NCBI GenBank assembly: GCA_003225535.1
Contig: QIAL01000213.1
Location: 1,111-65,110 of the forward strand
DNA: 64,000 nucleotides
Direction: 5' to 3'
Origin: Acidobacteriota bacterium
GTDB taxonomy: Bacteria > Acidobacteriota > Terriglobia > Terriglobales > Acidobacteriaceae
A program made the position numbers and the translations under genes. Numbering within the stretch: position 1 is the stretch's first letter; each line of letters starts with the position of its first letter. Positions 60,740 to 64,000 of the stretch are shown in pieces. The notes beneath the pieces are model-generated. The model was not told the DNA's origin and did no database searches. It saw nothing but the letters and a program-made list of their open reading frames with translations.

Positions 60740-62398
60740 TCAGGCAACCTGCTCAGCCTCACGGCGTTCGCCGGCGCTGGCGAACAGGCGGCCTAATTTG
60801 TCTGACCCGTCCGTGGCGAGATACGTCGTCTGGGATGGGAATGCAATTCCGGCACCAGCCATGTGAACGACATCGATGATGCCGAAAAGCAACTCTTCCT
60901 GGATCTCGAGGAAATTACTCCAGTCATCGGCCGACGCGTAAGCAAAGATATCGACGTCGAGCGAGAAAGCGCCGAAACGAATAAAACGCACACGAACTGA
61001 GGACGGATCGACATTGGGGTGCCGACGTAAAGATTCTCGGAAGTTGGATAATATTGTGCGTAGTTGCACAGGAGTCGTTTCATAGCGCAGGCCTATGACA
61101 GGATGGAACCAGAACTTGTCTCTGACGGATATGGTTTCCAGCTTCATGTTCGCGATCTGACCATTGGGCAAACTGACCAGAGTTCGCTCCAGCGTCCGGA
61201 TTCGCGTCGAGCGCAAGCCAACATCTTCCACGGTGCCTTGGACATCACCCAGACTTAAGAAATCGCCCACCCGCAAGGCTTGGTCCGCAATGAGGGACAC
61301 GCCACCGATGACGTTCTCGAGTGTCTTCTGTGCCGCGAGCGCAACCGCAATGCCGCCGACACCGAGTCCAGCCAGCGCGGCGGTTACGTTTATGCCGAAG
61401 TGGTACAGGACGAATAGTAAACCAGCGAACAGGAGGCTTCCATCAAGAAGCCGGCGGAAGAGGCGCAATACAGAAGCGGATCCGCTCAGACTGGGACGAT
61501 ATTCTAGCGCGTATCGCTCGGCCAAGCCGGTCAGCAACCAGAGCGACCAAATGCTGGCGACAATGGCGATCAACAAGGCGATAGTACTCCACAACTGGCG
61601 GGCCAAGAGCGGCAGCGTGATGCTCTTGAGCAACAGCCGGATGACCAGAGCAACGAGGAGGAGGCGAACCGGGGCCGGGAAGATTTGCGCATTCTTCGCC
61701 CCGGCGTGATGCCCCAATCGGCGTCGGACCATGCCGACCCCCGAGGCAAGCGTCCGACTCAACAGTCCTGTTAGCAAATACAACAGTGGCATGCCGACGA
61801 ATAGGGCAAGCCACTGGAAGATAGGAACCCCCACCAGACGAGTATGTACGATGAAGTCAGGCAAAAACCGCTCGAAGGCAGGTGTATTCAATTCCCTGAA
61901 AACGGCGGGGATCGACGCGAGAGTCTTCCTCGAGAAGAGCCAGACTTTGCCTCCCTTACCGCGATCTACACGTTCAACGATGATGTCGAGAGCGCCACTT
62001 TCGGTTTCGATGGTCCCAACCACGTCCTCATCGGGGCGGAGCGGATCCGGAACAGAACCTTCGGGGGTTTCGCTGATTTGGTTGAGGCGCGCAGGAAGCT
62101 TGCGATCCAACACCACGCCGAGCTGATGCGCTAAAGCGGAGGCTTCTCCTCCACGTAGCGGAGTGTTGAGGTAGAGAGCTGCAATCTCTGCATTGCCCTT
62201 CCGTGCAGCGCTCAGAAATCCGAGTACCGTTCCTTTTGGAGTATTGCGTCCGAGCGTGTCTTTGGGCACCTCGGGCTGGGTAGCGCTGGGCGCAGCCTTA
62301 AGATCGCCAGCCTGAGCCCAGATCTCCGCAGAGAACAAAAACAAACAAACGATAGCAATCTTGGTCTTGTGGTACGCATTGTAATTTGACGCTCTCAT
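60740..62398 (-). CDS. mechanosensitive ion channel (MscS family) protein
   Basis: 552 aa with a signal or periplasmic domain, TM helices and an MscS block (LRVGDFLSLGDVQGTVEDVGLRSTRIRTLERTLVSLPNGQIANMKLETIS). Confidence 0.88.
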   Translation of the reverse strand: MRASNYNAYHKTKIAIVCLFLFSAEIWAQAGDLKAAPSATQPEVPKDTLGRNTPKGTVLGFLSAARKGNAEIAALYLNTPLRGGEASALAHQLGVVLDRKLPARLNQISETPEGSVPDPLRPDEDVVGTIETESGALDIIVERVDRGKGGKVWLFSRKTLASIPAVFRELNTPAFERFLPDFIVHTRLVGVPIFQWLALFVGMPLLYLLTGLLSRTLASGVGMVRRRLGHHAGAKNAQIFPAPVRLLLVALVIRLLLKSITLPLLARQLWSTIALLIAIVASIWSLWLLTGLAERYALEYRPSLSGSASVLRLFRRLLDGSLLFAGLLFVLYHFGINVTAALAGLGVGGIAVALAAQKTLENVIGGVSLIADQALRVGDFLSLGDVQGTVEDVGLRSTRIRTLERTLVSLPNGQIANMKLETISVRDKFWFHPVIGLRYETTPVQLRTILSNFRESLRRHPNVDPSSVRVRFIRFGAFSLDVDIFAYASADDWSNFLEIQEELLFGIIDVVHMAGAGIAFPSQTTYLATDGSDKLGRLFASAGERREAEQVA

Positions 62399-62838
62399 GG
62401 AATTTCGAGCACCTGTTGCGAACGGTCGAAGATCGCTGGAAGAGCGACTAGTGGATTGGGAGGGTGCCTAAACCCTTCCCAAAGTAGAAACGGTAAAAGG
62501 CAATGAGGGTTCGTAGTACTGCCAGAACTGACAGAACCTGTGCTGCGATCCAGGGGGCGAGACAAGAGGAGTACCCCGAGCTTTCCTCTGGGAACGCCCT
62601 GTGTCTATCATATGAAGTGAATACCCACTCACGAACCAAATCCTAACGGCCATCAAACCAGAGAACCTGCGGAAGTCCCACCTGAAGTTTTTGACAGCTG
62701 ACACTGCGAGCTAATGCCACTACCTTGACGAGTGATAGCTCTCCGAGGAGTAGCCTACAAGGCTTGGCATCCTTGCGCCCAGCCACAATTTCTCGCGATC
62801 GAGTGCTGGTTAAAGGTAACGAGCGGAAGGAGCAGCGC

Positions 62839-64000
62839 ATGAGTCCCAAACGACTGAACGCGGAACTCCAGGTGTTTGTAGCGATCGTCTGCGCGCTTGC
62901 GCTAATGCCCGGAGATACCCTTGCATATGCTTCATTCTCTCAACAGGCGCCTGCGCCTTCGCAGACCAACCAGGGTTCCAAAGTTTCTGCTGACCAGTTG
63001 GATTCTTTGGTTGCACCCATCGCCCTCTATCCAGATCCATTGTTGGCCCAAACACTAGCGGCGGCCACTTATCCTCTAGAAATCATTCAGCTCCAGCAGT
63101 GGCTCGAGAAGAACAAGAATCTTAAGGACAAGGCCCTCGCTGATGCGGTGGCGAAACAACCATGGGATCCAAGCGTGCAGGCGTTAGCTGCACTGCCCGA
63201 TGTGGTTAAGCGGTTGGCAAATGACATCCAGTGGACCGCCGACCTGGGTAATGCATTTCTGGCTCAGCAGGGTGATGTGATGGATGCCGTGCAACGCATG
63301 CGCAAGAAGGCGCAAGACAAGGGTAATCTGAAATCAAACGAACAGCAAAAGGTGGAAACACAGGTCATCGAAAGCAAAAGCGTCATTGTGGTCGAACAGG
63401 CTAATCCGCAAGTCGTATACGTACCTTCCTATGATCCGGTAGTTGTATATGGTGCGCCGATTTATCCCTATCCGCCGATTTACTATCCGGCGCCCGGGTA
63501 CTACGCGGCCGGAATCGCGATTTCTTTCGGTGTTGGCGTCATGATGGGCGCCTTCTGGAGTGGCGGTTGGGGTTGGGGCTGCGGATGGGGCGGCCACAAC
63601 AACGTCTATGTCAATCACAACAACAACTTTAACCGCAACACGAACATCGGCAATGGCAATCGCAACAACATTGGGAATGGAAATGGAAACAACATTGGCA
63701 GTGGAAACCGGCCTTCGAATCAGCCATCTCGTGGGAACGGCAACCGCGCGTCGACGCAACCGGTTCGTGGCAGCGGGGGACGTGATCAATGGCAGCACAA
63801 CCCGGAGCACCGCGGTGGAGCCCCGTATCGTGACCGGGCAACCGCAGATAGGTTTGGGGGTACGACCCGCGGTGATTCTCTTAGCAACCGACAAGCCAGT
63901 GCTCGACAGCAGGTTGGGCGACAGGGCGGTAATCTCTCGAGCACTCGTGGCGGCGGAGCCGGAGTAAGCAATCGGGCCAGCGACGGAGGTCTTGGCAACA
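62839..64000 (+). CDS. DUF3300-family secreted protein (3'-partial; runs off window end; absent from ORF track)
   Basis: Hand-translated from the ATG at 62839 (GGAAGGAG upstream). The frame stays open to 64000. Signal peptide, then the DUF3300 hallmark (LDSLVAPIALYPDPLLAQTLAAATYPLEIIQLQQW...PWDPSVQALAALPDVV), then a Tyr/Pro/Gly/Trp- and Asn/Gly/Arg-rich tail. Confidence 0.85.
   Translation, partial: MSPKRLNAELQVFVAIVCALALMPGDTLAYASFSQQAPAPSQTNQGSKVSADQLDSLVAPIALYPDPLLAQTLAAATYPLEIIQLQQWLEKNKNLKDKALADAVAKQPWDPSVQALAALPDVVKRLANDIQWTADLGNAFLAQQGDVMDAVQRMRKKAQDKGNLKSNEQQKVETQVIESKSVIVVEQANPQVVYVPSYDPVVVYGAPIYPYPPIYYPAPGYYAAGIAISFGVGVMMGAFWSGGWGWGCGWGGHNNVYVNHNNNFNRNTNIGNGNRNNIGNGNGNNIGSGNRPSNQPSRGNGNRASTQPVRGSGGRDQWQHNPEHRGGAPYRDRATADRFGGTTRGDSLSNRQASARQQVGRQGGNLSSTRGGGAGVSNRASDGGLGN

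Noticed and set aside
63334-63894. 186-aa minus-strand ORF (and 63560..63967 on the plus strand)
   Set aside because: These are shadow or off-frame ORFs within the hand-translated DUF3300 gene, which explains this DNA far better.

Overview
Moderately GC-rich bacterial chromosomal segment. It most likely comes from an Acidobacteria (Terriglobia-like) genome. That placement is an inference from three things: a VWFA-related 'acidobacterial-type' protein, a CarboxypepD_reg-domain protein, and many secreted Gly/Tyr-rich or beta-barrel proteins. I count about 58 protein-coding genes. I found no rRNA, tRNA, CRISPR array, transposase, integrase or phage gene. Gene order is as follows. (1) pgi and a BASS-family transporter. 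(2) A five-gene minus-strand efflux operon: MFP, RND pump, OMF lipoprotein, VIT-family transporter, small OM beta-barrel. (3) Two response regulators and an MscS-family channel. (4) A tightly packed minus-strand fermentation cluster: porin, sdaA, MFS, pta, ackA, pflB, pflA, crp. Here pflB is split by a frameshift and SdaA carries an unusual Cys-rich, Tat-like, lipobox-bearing N-terminal extension. (5) An 800-aa secreted protein with a Gly/Tyr/Trp-rich tail. (6) A sortase and LPKTG-substrate pair. (7) An accessory stretch (32-43 kb) bracketed by two inverted glycine-zipper paralogs. It contains Crp, OM barrels, a frameshifted GH75-like gene, a lipase-like hydrolase and a papain-like membrane protein. 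(8) A multi-PAS HisKA_3 histidine kinase with REC-only regulators, then PPK2. (9) A complete F-type ATP synthase operon (atpBEFHAGDC). (10) OM barrel, VWA protein, frameshifted ArsR, Spy-like periplasmic protein, a second MscS, and a 5'-partial DUF3300 gene that runs off the window end and is missing from the ORF track. Four genes show frame disruptions and one lacks a canonical start codon, so either the assembly has errors or genes are decaying. All family assignments come from reading the translated ORFs by eye; no database search was run.
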